64,000 nucleotides of DNA from Spirochaetia bacterium (GCA_965208575.1 CBDBOV010000001.1:320001-384000); one strand, 5' to 3'. Shown: positions 49,155 to 59,168, numbered from the stretch's first letter. Numbers and translations: made by a program. Notes: generated from the letters alone by a model not told the origin.

Positions 49155-49832
49155 CTACCGGCGCGCGATGCGGCACGGCCGCCACCGCTTCGACCAGTGT
49201 TCGTCCGACTGCACGTGCCCAACGCGCACGCTCTTGCAGACGCTGCGCGGGAACTCCGCCGCCGGGAACCCTGCGGCAAGGCGCAGCACGACTCCCTCGC
49301 GCTCACCGCCGAGCGCTGACGGCTGACCGTGCGCTTCGCTGACGAAGTCGCGCACCTGCCGCACCGAGTCGAACGTCCCCTCAAACAGCACCGGCACGAC
49401 CGGGATGGCGTGCGTCGTGGCATACTCCGTCATCTCGTGGAACGAGCCGAACGACCCACCCTTGAGCCGCAGTGCGAACGCGTAGAACGTCCTGTCCTCC
49501 GGCACCGGGTCATACTCGATGCTGTGCACGCCGTAGATATCCTCGCCGTAGAGAAACACGTCAGGCTCGGTGACCTTCCATGCGTGGTGCTTCCTGACCA
49601 TCCCCAGCCACTTCGCCGCCGCAGGAGCCGAGACACTGCGCGCATACACCTCGCCCCGATGCAACAGCGTGTTGCTCCCATCCAGCTTCTCGGTAACCAC
49701 GACCGCCGGCCCCACGAACGGCTCCGGATCAGCGACTACATCGCCATGCCGGGCTTGCGTTGGCGAATAGAGCAAGTACGGCATCCGAGGATACTTCCAC
49801 CCCCGAGAGGCTACCAGGAGAGTTGCGCTCAC
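49155..49832 (-). CDS. ATP-dependent RNA ligase family protein
   Basis: KYPR, motif I TEKLDGSN, LYGED, FYAFAL, motif IV REGVVLR, VCKSVR; GTG overlaps upstream TAG. Confidence 0.88.
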   Translation of the reverse strand: MSATLLVASRGWKYPRMPYLLYSPTQARHGDVVADPEPFVGPAVVVTEKLDGSNTLLHRGEVYARSVSAPAAAKWLGMVRKHHAWKVTEPDVFLYGEDIYGVHSIEYDPVPEDRTFYAFALRLKGGSFGSFHEMTEYATTHAIPVVPVLFEGTFDSVRQVRDFVSEAHGQPSALGGEREGVVLRLAAGFPAAEFPRSVCKSVRVGHVQSDEHWSKRWRPCRIARR

Positions 49833-50317
49833 TATTCGGTTGTCGCCTTTGATGCATGCTGCGGGCAAAGCTGCCGGACCCTCACTCCCAAGTCGCGCAC
49901 GAGCGTTTCCTGCTCACTCCAGTCGCTGTCCGTGGCGTTGAGAATCTCGGCCTTGCCCACCACTGCGACCGCCAGGAACTTGCGATCGGATGGATCGAAC
50001 TCGTTCTCCGGTAGTTCCTCGAAGCTGCGGTTTTGATCGTTGCAGGGAGTGATCGCAACCCGACGCACTCTCGTCCCACCGTACATGTGATCATGAACGT
50101 GCTTGAAGAATGCATCTCCTACTCCTGGCGCTCCTGCGAAACTCAACCGACTCCGGTACTCATCGAAAATGAGACTGTTGTCGTCAAGCAGTATTGCCGC
50201 GTTCCCGCAGACGGCTCTCAGTTTTTCGACGCACGCCAGTTGACAAACTAGATCTGCGTGAGTGTCCTTTCCGTTGGCGGCGATAGCAACGTTGGTATCG
50301 ACAACGATATTGGTCAT
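49832..50317 (-). CDS. PIN-domain-like ribonuclease
   Basis: IVVDTNV, IFDEY, DPSDRKFLAVA, NATDSDW: four acidic positions present. Confidence 0.75.
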   Translation of the reverse strand: MTNIVVDTNVAIAANGKDTHADLVCQLACVEKLRAVCGNAAILLDDNSLIFDEYRSRLSFAGAPGVGDAFFKHVHDHMYGGTRVRRVAITPCNDQNRSFEELPENEFDPSDRKFLAVAVVGKAEILNATDSDWSEQETLVRDLGVRVRQLCPQHASKATTE

Positions 50318-51678
50318 TTCGTCGCGTCTATCCGCCTCTTGAGCGATGCCTCGGCAATCGCCGCGATCTCCCCCATATCGTCTCCGAAGAAGCGGTCGGG
50401 CCAGTTCTCTATTTCGCCAAACTCATTGAGGGAAAGGTCACTGAGTCTCGCTGCGCCAGCATCGTTGCCTACGAAGTAGAGTTTGATATCGGACGAAGCC
50501 GCTTCGCCTTCAGCGGCACGCCGTTGGAAGCGGCGAAGGAGATGCTCGCTGTGGCTCTCCACGACAATTTGCACGTTCCGTCGTCTGGCCACCGAGAGCA
50601 TGACATCGGCCAATCCGCTCTGCACCGAGGGATGCAGATGGATCTCCGGCTGCTCCATGAGCACGATCGAGCCCTCAGGTACATAGTACAACAGCACAAG
50701 CACGGGCAAGACTTGGGACACTCCGAAGCCGACATCAGTCAGCATCGTTTCCGGACTGGACTTATTCACTCGCACTCGGGCGTGATAGTAACTTGATCCT
50801 TGCGCGATCTCCTGGATCTCGAATGATTCGATCAGGCCGAGTTCGCGCAGCCAATGAGCAATCATCTCCTGGAACGTCATGAGGCGCATTCGCCATTGAA
50901 GGTTCCTCAACTCATTGTTAGCTGTGGCGGCCAGAATGGCGTCAATCGTGCGTTCTCCAGCACGCCCAACATCCTGGGGACCGACGCCGGACCATCGATA
51001 CTCGCGTTGAGGATGCTCGCGAAGAGGGCCAAGATAGTAGATACGGTCCATCAACCCCTCATATTCGGTTTCGAAGTCGCTGAGAAAACCTGTATCCTGA
51101 AATAGTGTTCGCACTCGGTCGGGGAAAAGATGCGTCTTGACCGGGCCTGGTAGCGCCCAACCACGGCCTCGGTTACGAGTAAAATATACCGGATGGTCGC
51201 CATCGGATCGGAGTACGTACTCGGTGCCATCCTCTGACCTAGGCTCGATCGCAAAGTCAGTGTTAGCGAATCGATAACGGAGACGTCGGGCAGTCAGAGT
51301 CGATCGCTTCAGGCCTACAGAACAGTTCAATTGAAGGTTGCGTCCGTGCATGAGAACTGCTGTCCGTTGCCCCGATGGATCGCTGACCTTCAGTGAGTCA
51401 GGAAGTCGCCACCTCAAAGTCCATTCGATATCGACTCTCTCGTCTCCGTTGTGGACAACATCCTGGAATCGTCCGAGGTTGACCAGCTCTGTGGGACCGC
51501 CAAAATCCAGTACCAAGCTCCGGTCGGTCGCGTTTTTTGTCTGCTTGAGCAAGAGCAGGAACTGAAGCAGGCTGCTCTTTCCGGAGCTGTTCGTACCGAA
51601 GACTCCGGTGATCCGGCCCAGCGGTATTCTCAGTCTACGCCATGCTTTGAAGTTGGTGAGGTGGAGTTCCTTCAACAT
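50314..51678 (-). CDS. ABC-type ATPase AAA_21 with DUF3696-like C-terminus
   Basis: NFKAW, GTNSSGKS, DVGFGVSQVLP, MEQPEIHLHP, ESHSEH, EFGEIENWPDRFFG. Confidence 0.88.
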   Translation of the reverse strand: MLKELHLTNFKAWRRLRIPLGRITGVFGTNSSGKSSLLQFLLLLKQTKNATDRSLVLDFGGPTELVNLGRFQDVVHNGDERVDIEWTLRWRLPDSLKVSDPSGQRTAVLMHGRNLQLNCSVGLKRSTLTARRLRYRFANTDFAIEPRSEDGTEYVLRSDGDHPVYFTRNRGRGWALPGPVKTHLFPDRVRTLFQDTGFLSDFETEYEGLMDRIYYLGPLREHPQREYRWSGVGPQDVGRAGERTIDAILAATANNELRNLQWRMRLMTFQEMIAHWLRELGLIESFEIQEIAQGSSYYHARVRVNKSSPETMLTDVGFGVSQVLPVLVLLYYVPEGSIVLMEQPEIHLHPSVQSGLADVMLSVARRRNVQIVVESHSEHLLRRFQRRAAEGEAASSDIKLYFVGNDAGAARLSDLSLNEFGEIENWPDRFFGDDMGEIAAIAEASLKRRIDATK

Positions 51679-51686
51679 CCGTCGTT

Positions 51687-51714
51687 CTCCTATGTATAGG
51701 CGGCGAGTATATCA
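51687..51714 (-). promoter_or_regulatory. Extended -10 promoter and SD for the ATPase operon
   Basis: TGATATACT (51714-51706) and AGGAG (51691-51687). Confidence 0.55.
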
Positions 51715-51718
51715 CTTC

Positions 51719-52445
51719 TCATCGGATTAGATTCTGACTCCCAGGGAAGGGGTTGGTGCCCCAGATGTCGAGGTCGCGGACCAGGGTGCGGCCGGGAAGG
51801 CGGGCGAGGTGGACGATGGTGGCGGCGATGTCGGCGGCATGCAGGTAGATGCCGGGGGCCGTGCGGCGGGGTGGTGTCCTCGCCGGTGTCGGTCTGGCTC
51901 GGGTTGATCACCATGACCCGGATGTTGGAGCGGCGCACGTCGTACAGCAGCGCTTGCGCGAAGCCGTGCAGGCCGAACTTGCTGGCCGAGTAGGCGGCGG
52001 TGCCGGGGTCGGCCTTCTTGCCGTTCATTGAACTTATGATGAAGATGTCGCCGCGCTCCTTGCGCAGCATGCCCGGCAGGAACTTGCGCGTGGTGTAGAA
52101 AACGCCGGTCAGGTTGACGTCGATCACCCGCTGCCACGCCTCCAGCGACATGCTCTGCACCGGGCCGCCTCCGCCGCCGCCAGCGTTGTTCACGAGGATG
52201 TCGGGCGCGCTCCAGGTCTCCTCGACGGTGCGGGCGAGCGCTTCGATCGCGCGGGGGTCCGCCTGGTCGCACACCACGGGCATGCATTCGCCGTCGATGG
52301 ACGCAGCCGCCGGCTGCAGGCGCGCGGGCGAGCGCCCCGTCATCACCACGCGTGCCCCCGCCGCCGCGAACGCGCGCGCGATGTGCAGGCCGATCCCCCG
52401 GCTGGCGCCGGTCACGACGGCGACCTTGTCAGTCAGATCATACAT
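51719..52445 (-). pseudogene. Short-chain dehydrogenase with +1 frameshift near 51856
   Basis: TGASRGIG, NNAG, YSASK; C-terminus GIYLHAADIAATIVHLARLPGR lies in another frame after a G5 run. Confidence 0.8.
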
Positions 52446-52550
52446 GGTCCCGCACCATACTCGTTTCGCGTAGGCACGGTCACTTCGCGGCTTCTTGCCG
52501 TCCCGCACTGGGCCCCGCAGTGGCGGACGACCCGAGCACTTGGACTTCGG

Positions 52551-53666
52551 CTACGGCGTGCCGAGGGCGGCGCTGGAGCGCGGCGGGTCGGCGGAGGGGG
52601 TGCGCGGAAGGCGGTCGGCGACGGCGGGGAGCGGAGGCACCGGGCACGGTCCCTTCTGGTACCAGTAGGCGGTGGAGGAGTAGTCGTCGGCGCGGTGGTT
52701 GTTGTGGCCGTGTTCGAGGGTGACGCGGATGCTGCGCCGGAACGGGATGGGGTCGGGCACGTGCCAGCGGTACATCGACCAGCGGCCTTCCCAGTCGCGG
52801 TGGCCGTGGTTGTACAGCGAGGTGCCGAAGTACGGGTACTGCACGTCCTGCATCCCCCAGCCCTGGCCGAAGTACTCCTCCTGGCCGGTGCCGTGCAGGG
52901 AGCCGGGAAACGGTTCGCCGTCGACGAACACCATGTCGTCGCCCTCGCCCCACCAGCCGCCGGCGTGGTTGTCCACGCTCAGGTGGCAGCCGAAGTAGGT
53001 GCCCTCGCCGGTGGTGTCCAGGATCACGTAGTTGCTGTCGCCGGTCAGGTTGGGGCCTTCCTTGCCGCCGGGTTCGAGCGCCGTCGGCTCGCACGGCATC
53101 TCGCAGCGCCAGCTCGCGTGGAAGTGGTACAGGCCCGCCGGCAGGCGCTCGCAGCGCTGGTAGTCGACGTGCCAGAACGCACGCAGGTCCTGCTCGCCCT
53201 CGTTGCACAGCACGACCCGGGCGCGGTTCAGGAACGGCATGCGGAACCAGGAGATGAGCGAGCCGCGTCCGTCGCCCGGGTGGGCGCTGACCTCGACCAG
53301 GGCGCTGCTGAAGCTGCGCATCGCGCCATGGCCGAGCGCGAAGAAGTCGCCGACCGGCACGTCCACGCTCGGATAGTCGGCGCCGTCCCAGGAGATGCGC
53401 AGCGCGGTCTTGCGCAGCAGCAGGGGGTCGGAGACCTTCAGGCGATGTCCGCGTGACGCCGCGACTCCGGTATCGATGGCGAACCAGAGCCGGGTGATGA
53501 ATCCGCATCCGTGAATGTCGGCCAGCAGCAGCTCGTCGCCAGCGCCGACGGCGCGCCAGTCGCGGTTCAAGCCGTCGCGCGACCAGCTTGCCTCCCGCCC
53601 GGCCGTGAACGGCAGTGGGCGCCAGGGTTCGGCATGGTGGATGGAGGGCATGGCTTGTTCAATCAT
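52551..53666 (-). CDS. DUF2961 / GH172-like protein
   Basis: PSVDVPVGDFF, WFRMPF, WWGEGDDM, GTGQEEYF, YRWHVPDPIPF, EHGHNN. Confidence 0.9.
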   Translation of the reverse strand: MIEQAMPSIHHAEPWRPLPFTAGREASWSRDGLNRDWRAVGAGDELLLADIHGCGFITRLWFAIDTGVAASRGHRLKVSDPLLLRKTALRISWDGADYPSVDVPVGDFFALGHGAMRSFSSALVEVSAHPGDGRGSLISWFRMPFLNRARVVLCNEGEQDLRAFWHVDYQRCERLPAGLYHFHASWRCEMPCEPTALEPGGKEGPNLTGDSNYVILDTTGEGTYFGCHLSVDNHAGGWWGEGDDMVFVDGEPFPGSLHGTGQEEYFGQGWGMQDVQYPYFGTSLYNHGHRDWEGRWSMYRWHVPDPIPFRRSIRVTLEHGHNNHRADDYSSTAYWYQKGPCPVPPLPAVADRLPRTPSADPPRSSAALGTP

Positions 53667-53849
53667 TCTCTGCTCCGGTCGGGATGGACTCGCGCGCAGT
53701 GTTTCAATAGCTTAAGCGGCAACGCACGCGGTTGCGCAGCGCGGTTCGGAACGTACCGCCAGGCCGCACCAGCGACCGCTATTCAATCATAAACAATAAG
53801 TTACCGGTGTGCGGATCCGCTCGACCCGGTTAACTGTCCAGGAGAAGTC

Positions 53850-55043
53850 ATGAACCTCGTCGATACCGGATTCGTTCTCATCTGCTCGGCGCTCGTCTTT
53901 CTGATGACGCCGGGCCTCGCGTTCTTCTACGGCGGACTGGTCGGGCGCCACAACACCCTCACCATCATGGCCCAGAACCTGATCGCGCTCGGCCTGGTGA
54001 GCGCCGTGTGGATCGTGATCGGCTTCTCGCTCGCGTTCGGCGACACCGTCGGCGGCATCATCGGCGACCTCAAGTACTGGCTGTTCCGGATCCCGGTGGA
54101 CGAGGTGTTCGGCGAGACCACGATTCCCACCTGGACCTTCTTCCTGTTCCAGATGATGTTCGCGGTCATCACGCCGGCGCTGATCACCGGCGCGTTCGTC
54201 GACCGCTTCCGCTTCAGCAGCTACCTGATCTTCATCTGCCTGTGGAGCGTGCTGGTGTACTCGGTGCTGGCGCACTGGGTATGGGGCGGCGGCCTGCTGG
54301 CCCAGCTCGGCGCGCTCGACTTCGCCGGCGGCACCGTGGTGCACATCTCGGCCGGCATGGCCGCCCTGGCCACCGTCAGCGTCCTGGGGGCGCGCCACAC
54401 CCACACGCCGCCGCACGACATCCGGTTCGTGGCGCTGGGCGCCGCGCTGCTGTGGTTCGGCTGGTTCGGTTTCAACGGGGGCAGCGCGCTGTCGCCCAAT
54501 GAGATCGCCTCGGTCGCCTTCATCAACACCGACATCTCCGCGTCCACCGCGATGGTCACCTGGATGCTGCTGTCGTGGCGCCACAAGGGCAAGCCGAGCA
54601 TCATCGGCGCGCTCACCGGCGCGATCGCCGGCCTGATCGCCATCACCCCGGCCGCCGGCTTCGTGACCCCCGGCTGGGCGGCGCTGATCGGCGTGCTCGC
54701 CGGGGCGGTGTGCTACGGCGCGGTCATTTTCAAGGAGAAGATGGGCTGGGACGACGCGCTCGACGTGTGGGCCGTGCACGGCGTGGGCGGCATCCTCGGC
54801 TCGATTCTGACCGGCATGTTCGCGACTCCGGAGACCGGCGCCGCCGGGCTGGTGTACGGCGGCGTGGGCCTGTTCTTCGCCAACCTGGCCGCCACCGCGA
54901 TCAGCATGGCGTACGCGTTCGGCATGACCTGGCTCATCCTGAAGGTGCTCGGCGCCATCAAGCGCCTGAAGCCGGAAACCGACGAGCTGGAAGCCGGCCT
55001 CGACCTCACCTTCCACGGCGAACGCGCCCTCGACCACGACTGA
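53850..55043 (+). CDS. amtB: Ammonium transporter
   Basis: FLMTPGLAFFYGG, DFAGGTVVH, LWFGWFGFNGGS, DDALDVWAVHGVGG. Confidence 0.96.
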   Translation: MNLVDTGFVLICSALVFLMTPGLAFFYGGLVGRHNTLTIMAQNLIALGLVSAVWIVIGFSLAFGDTVGGIIGDLKYWLFRIPVDEVFGETTIPTWTFFLFQMMFAVITPALITGAFVDRFRFSSYLIFICLWSVLVYSVLAHWVWGGGLLAQLGALDFAGGTVVHISAGMAALATVSVLGARHTHTPPHDIRFVALGAALLWFGWFGFNGGSALSPNEIASVAFINTDISASTAMVTWMLLSWRHKGKPSIIGALTGAIAGLIAITPAAGFVTPGWAALIGVLAGAVCYGAVIFKEKMGWDDALDVWAVHGVGGILGSILTGMFATPETGAAGLVYGGVGLFFANLAATAISMAYAFGMTWLILKVLGAIKRLKPETDELEAGLDLTFHGERALDHD

Positions 55044-55181
55044 CCGGGCGCGAGTCGCCACGGCTGGCGGCGGGGCGACACGGCTCGCTTCGGCCGCCGC
55101 CGCCATGACTACGGAACAGTTGGCAACGAATCTGTAGCCAAGACTCTGTCGGAGCCCGCCTCCGACGGCTTCTGCCTCCGT

Positions 55182-55617
55182 TCAAGAACCGGGCACTCCC
55201 GTTGCGATGTACCGTTCCCATGCGTGTCGCGGCGACCACACGACCACCGGCCCACGGCAGGCAGCCGGGAAGTGGGCCAGATTCCCCGTAACGAGCGTCC
55301 GTGCCGAGGTCTGAATCGCGACCTCCAGGAACATCGTGTCATCCCCGTCGGGCGGTGCCGAACCGGACCACGGAAGCGCGGTAACGTGTGCTTGAAACTG
55401 GAAGATGGCCTGAACGGCGGCCTGCCGGACGGCAGGTATGCCAAGTTTGGGCCGCGCGAGAACCTCGCGATATTCGGCCTCGATGCGGTCGTCGATCGCG
55501 ATCCGGAGATGCCGGCCGAGCAGCGCATCGACGAGGCGCCCGGGCGGTCCGAATGGTGACAGAAGTCCGGAAACCAGGACGTTTGGTGTCCAGAACCCAG
55601 ACCGGAGCGCCGCTCAA
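55182..55617 (-). pseudogene. PIN-family TA toxin with +1 frameshift at ~55583
   Basis: Removing one A gives VLDTNVLVSGLL...EAEYREVLARPK...PDGDDTMFLEVA...LVTGNLAHF. Confidence 0.82.
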
Positions 55618-55913
55618 ATGCCGTCTTTGCGCGTCCGCGAGCGTCGCACCTCTCTGATCTCCCGATCGATATCCGCGCTGCTCAATCCGTCCTTACCGCC
55701 GGCACGAGCCTGAGACCGAATCTCTCGCACTGCCCGGCGTGCCCGCGCGAACACCAATTCCTGTACGTCCTCCAACAGCGTTGCATCGCTGGTCGGGACC
55801 ATGATGCTGCGAGGCAACCCATCCTTGGTGATCACGATAGCGCCCTCGCGCTCAAGGTCCTCCCAGACCCTCCCGGGGCGGGCGGCGAGTGTACGTGAAG
55901 GGATCATCTTCAT
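55614..55913 (-). CDS. Phd/YefM-type antitoxin
   Basis: IVITKDGLP; LSSADIDREIREVRR; TTGA overlap with toxin. Confidence 0.8.
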   Translation of the reverse strand: MKMIPSRTLAARPGRVWEDLEREGAIVITKDGLPRSIMVPTSDATLLEDVQELVFARARRAVREIRSQARAGGKDGLSSADIDREIREVRRSRTRKDGI

Positions 55914-55946
55914 GTGCTCTACAATCCTGCAATCAATCGCAGAGCG

Positions 55947-57173
55947 TCAACCAGAAGTGAGGCGGAGTTTGGTGAGGCCGCGGATGACGAAGGTGGGGTG
56001 GTAGACGGGTTCGGTGGCGAGTTCGATGTCGGGGAAGTTGGCCACCAGGTCGGCGAGGGCGATGGCCAGTTCGTGGCGGGCGAGGGGGGCGCCGACGCAG
56101 AAGTGGATGCCGCCGCCGAAGCCGATGTGGGTGGGGTCGCCGCGCGCCACGTCGAAACGGTCGGGGCGGTGGAAACGGCGCGGGTCACGCTGCGCCGAGC
56201 CGAACAGCATGGCGACCTGCTCGCCCACCGCCAGCGGTTGGCCGGCGATCTGCACGCCCGGCTCCAGCACCCAGCGTGCGAACATCTGGAGAGGGGAATC
56301 CCAGCGCAGCAGCTCCTCCACCGCGGTGGCGGCGTCCACCTCGCCGGTGACGAGGCGCCGCCACTGGTCGCGGTGCTCCAAGAGCGCCTTCATGCCGTTG
56401 CCCATGGTGTTGACCGTGGCCTCGTGGCCGGCCTCCAGCAGCACCATGGTGGTGGACACGATCTCGTCGTCGCTGAGCCGCTCGCCGTCCTCGGAGACCT
56501 GAGCCAGTTGCGAGACCAGCCGCTCGTCCGGTGAGCGCCGCTTGGCCGCGATCAGCTCGCGGGTGTAGTCGATGAACGCACCGGCGGCGGCGTTCGCGCG
56601 CGTCTTCAGGTCGTCGGGCGCCGACAGCTCGTACATCTTGACGATGGCGTGCGACCAGTCCAGCAGGCGCTGCGTGTCGGCGCGCGGCACGCCGAGCACC
56701 TCGCCGACCACCGCCACCGAGTAGCGCTGCGCGTAGTCGGCCAGCAGGTCGAACGTCCCCATCTCCCGGCAGCGGTCGAGCAGTTCCCGCGACAGCCCGG
56801 CGATCACCGGTGTCAGGCGCGTCACCGAGCGGGACGTGAACACCTTGGAGACCAGCTTGCGGATGCGGGTGTGGTCGGGTGGCTCCAGGCTCAGCAGCGA
56901 CCAGCGCTCGTGCCGGTGGAACGCGGCCCAGCGCGGGTCGGGTTCCGGCTGGCCCAGTTCGGCGTGGCGGTAGCGGTGGTGGTAGACGCGGCCCATGCGG
57001 CGGTCGCGCAGCGTCTCGTACACATCGGCGAACCGCGTCAGCATCCACTGCCCGGTTTCTTCGTTACGGAAGATCGGCGTCGCCTCCCGCACTCTCCCCA
57101 GCGCCGGATACGGATCGGCCAGGAACCCGGGATCGTAGAAGTTCAGCTCGGCCGCCGGATCCATCGTCGCCAT
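55947..57173 (-). CDS. Cytochrome P450
   Basis: AGHEAT I-helix, EELLR, FGGGIHFCVG heme motif. Confidence 0.95.
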   Translation of the reverse strand: MATMDPAAELNFYDPGFLADPYPALGRVREATPIFRNEETGQWMLTRFADVYETLRDRRMGRVYHHRYRHAELGQPEPDPRWAAFHRHERWSLLSLEPPDHTRIRKLVSKVFTSRSVTRLTPVIAGLSRELLDRCREMGTFDLLADYAQRYSVAVVGEVLGVPRADTQRLLDWSHAIVKMYELSAPDDLKTRANAAAGAFIDYTRELIAAKRRSPDERLVSQLAQVSEDGERLSDDEIVSTTMVLLEAGHEATVNTMGNGMKALLEHRDQWRRLVTGEVDAATAVEELLRWDSPLQMFARWVLEPGVQIAGQPLAVGEQVAMLFGSAQRDPRRFHRPDRFDVARGDPTHIGFGGGIHFCVGAPLARHELAIALADLVANFPDIELATEPVYHPTFVIRGLTKLRLTSG

Positions 57174-57283
57174 CCAACGACTCCTATGCTATCGTAGCCT
57201 TCGTCGACGGTTCACCCCGTTCAAGGTTGAGTTCAGCCATGTCTATCCGGGCGAACTGGTGGTGCTGCGCGCCGGGTGGGCGG

Positions 57284-58126
57284 TTATAGCTCGGATTCGT
57301 CGTCGAAGTCGTCGTCGAACGGGGACGAGGCCATCATCATGGCGTTGTCGGCGGCGTCGGCGATGTCGGTGTCTTCGGAGTCGCTCAGTTCGGCGAGCAG
57401 CGGCTCCGCCTCTCGTGGACGGATGGCGCCGGCCGCTTCTATGGCGGCGAGCAGGAGCACTTTGTCGGTGGCCGGCGCGGTGAGCAGGGCGGATACGTGG
57501 GGCCAAGCGGCATCGATTTCCCAGTTGCCGGCGGCCCATACCGCTTCGTAGCTGATCTCTTCGTCGGGGTCGTCGAGCGAGGTGACGACCTCGTCGTCGA
57601 AGCCGCTCACGAACCGCATCGCGAACACCGCGGTGAGCCGCCAATCGCGGTCGTCACCGGAGTATGCCGCTCGGATCGCGTCCCGGTGCCAGTCGGCGGG
57701 AGCGCGCACCGAGGCTTCCAGGATGCGGCGCCGCACTTCCTTCGGGATGCCGTCTTCCAGGTAGCGGGCGTGGAGCGACTGCCGGATTCTGTGGAACGTG
57801 TGTTCGGAGATCGGCGGGGCGTCGAACGAATCGTCGTCGAGGCCGGGCAGGTCGCCGATGCTGTCCGTGTCCATCTGCTCCAGGACCGGTCCGAGCGACA
57901 GCGCCGCCCGGCTGCGCAGCTCCTCCGAGGCGGCGGCGTCGCCGACGATCGACAGCAGGCCGCCGGCGAGGTCGTCGTTGATGGCCACGATCTCGCCGGC
58001 CATTTCGGCCGCCAGGAGGTGGTCAGATTCGTCCGCCTCCCGGTCGCGCAGAACCGCGAGCAACGTGTTGGCGATGTCCGGGGGCCAATTCCAGGGCGGG
58101 AAGTTCGCAAGCCGCTTCAGATCCAT
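57284..58126 (-). CDS. HEAT/ARM-repeat hypothetical protein
   Basis: Acidic helical repeats (LRSRAALSLG, VRRRILEA, EAVWAAG). Confidence 0.65.
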   Translation of the reverse strand: MDLKRLANFPPWNWPPDIANTLLAVLRDREADESDHLLAAEMAGEIVAINDDLAGGLLSIVGDAAASEELRSRAALSLGPVLEQMDTDSIGDLPGLDDDSFDAPPISEHTFHRIRQSLHARYLEDGIPKEVRRRILEASVRAPADWHRDAIRAAYSGDDRDWRLTAVFAMRFVSGFDDEVVTSLDDPDEEISYEAVWAAGNWEIDAAWPHVSALLTAPATDKVLLLAAIEAAGAIRPREAEPLLAELSDSEDTDIADAADNAMMMASSPFDDDFDDESEL

Positions 58127-58136
58127 ACGCCCGACC

Positions 58137-59162
58137 TCACGATGAGCCGGTCGACAGGAGATTGATCTGCGGCTCGTACAGTTCCTCCAGGTAGTCGATT
58201 TCTTCCGCGGCCAGCGTGAGGGAGGCGCCGGCGGCCAGGTCTTCGAGCTGGGCCGCGCGCGAAACGCCGACGACGGGGGCGGCGATTCCGGGTTTGCCGA
58301 GCAGCCAGGCGATGCTGACCTGGGCCTGCGAGGCGCCGTGCTTGCGCGCCACCTCGGCGACCCGGTCGGCGATACGGAAGGCGCTCTGGCCGCCGTACAG
58401 CATTTCGCTGCGCTCCCGGTCGCGGCCGTGGGAGCGGGTGGTCGATCCCTGGTCGAATCCGCCCCGGTAGGAGCCGGTCAGCACGCCGCGCGCCAGCGGC
58501 GACCAGGGGGTGAGCGCGACGCCTGTGTTGACGCAGTAGGGATTCATCTCCCGCTCTTCTTCCCGGTAGAGCAGGTTGTAGTGGTTCTGCATGGCCACGA
58601 AGCGGGGCCAGCCGTGCATGCGGGCGGTGAGCTGCAACTCCGCGAACTGCCAGGCGAACATCGACGAGGCGGCCAGGTAGAGCGCCTTGCCGGCGCGTAC
58701 CACGTCGTGCAGCGCCTCCAGCGTCTCCTCGATCGGCACGGCCGGGAATCCCGCCACGCCGTGGGGATGGCGGTGGATCACCAGCACGTCGACGTAGTCG
58801 TGGCCCAGCCGCCGGAGGCTGGCGTCCACCCCTTCGATGATGTGCTTGCGCGACAGGCCGCCCTGATGGGGGCCGTCACCCATCGGCATGGCGACCTTGG
58901 TCTGCGACACGTACTCGTCGCGGTGCAGCAACTCCCTGAGGAGGCGGCCCACCACCGCCTCGCTGGTGCCGCGGCCGTAGACGTCGGCGCAATCGAAGTA
59001 GAACAGTCCGCGGTCGATCGCGCTTGCCACGATCGCCCGGGCCTGGTCCGGGTCGAGCGCCCAGTCGCCCTGGCTGCCCTGGCCCGGCTGCCCGAAGTTC
59101 ATGGTGCCCAGGCACAGCCGCGATACGGTCAGGCCGCTGCCAAGTTGAACACGCTTCAGCAT
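58137..59162 (-). CDS. Aldo/keto reductase
   Basis: LCLGTMNFG, FDCADVYG, GLSRKHI, MQNHYNLLYREEERE, WSPLARG. Confidence 0.93.
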   Translation of the reverse strand: MLKRVQLGSGLTVSRLCLGTMNFGQPGQGSQGDWALDPDQARAIVASAIDRGLFYFDCADVYGRGTSEAVVGRLLRELLHRDEYVSQTKVAMPMGDGPHQGGLSRKHIIEGVDASLRRLGHDYVDVLVIHRHPHGVAGFPAVPIEETLEALHDVVRAGKALYLAASSMFAWQFAELQLTARMHGWPRFVAMQNHYNLLYREEEREMNPYCVNTGVALTPWSPLARGVLTGSYRGGFDQGSTTRSHGRDRERSEMLYGGQSAFRIADRVAEVARKHGASQAQVSIAWLLGKPGIAAPVVGVSRAAQLEDLAAGASLTLAAEEIDYLEELYEPQINLLSTGSS

Positions 59163-59168
59163 CGTCCG

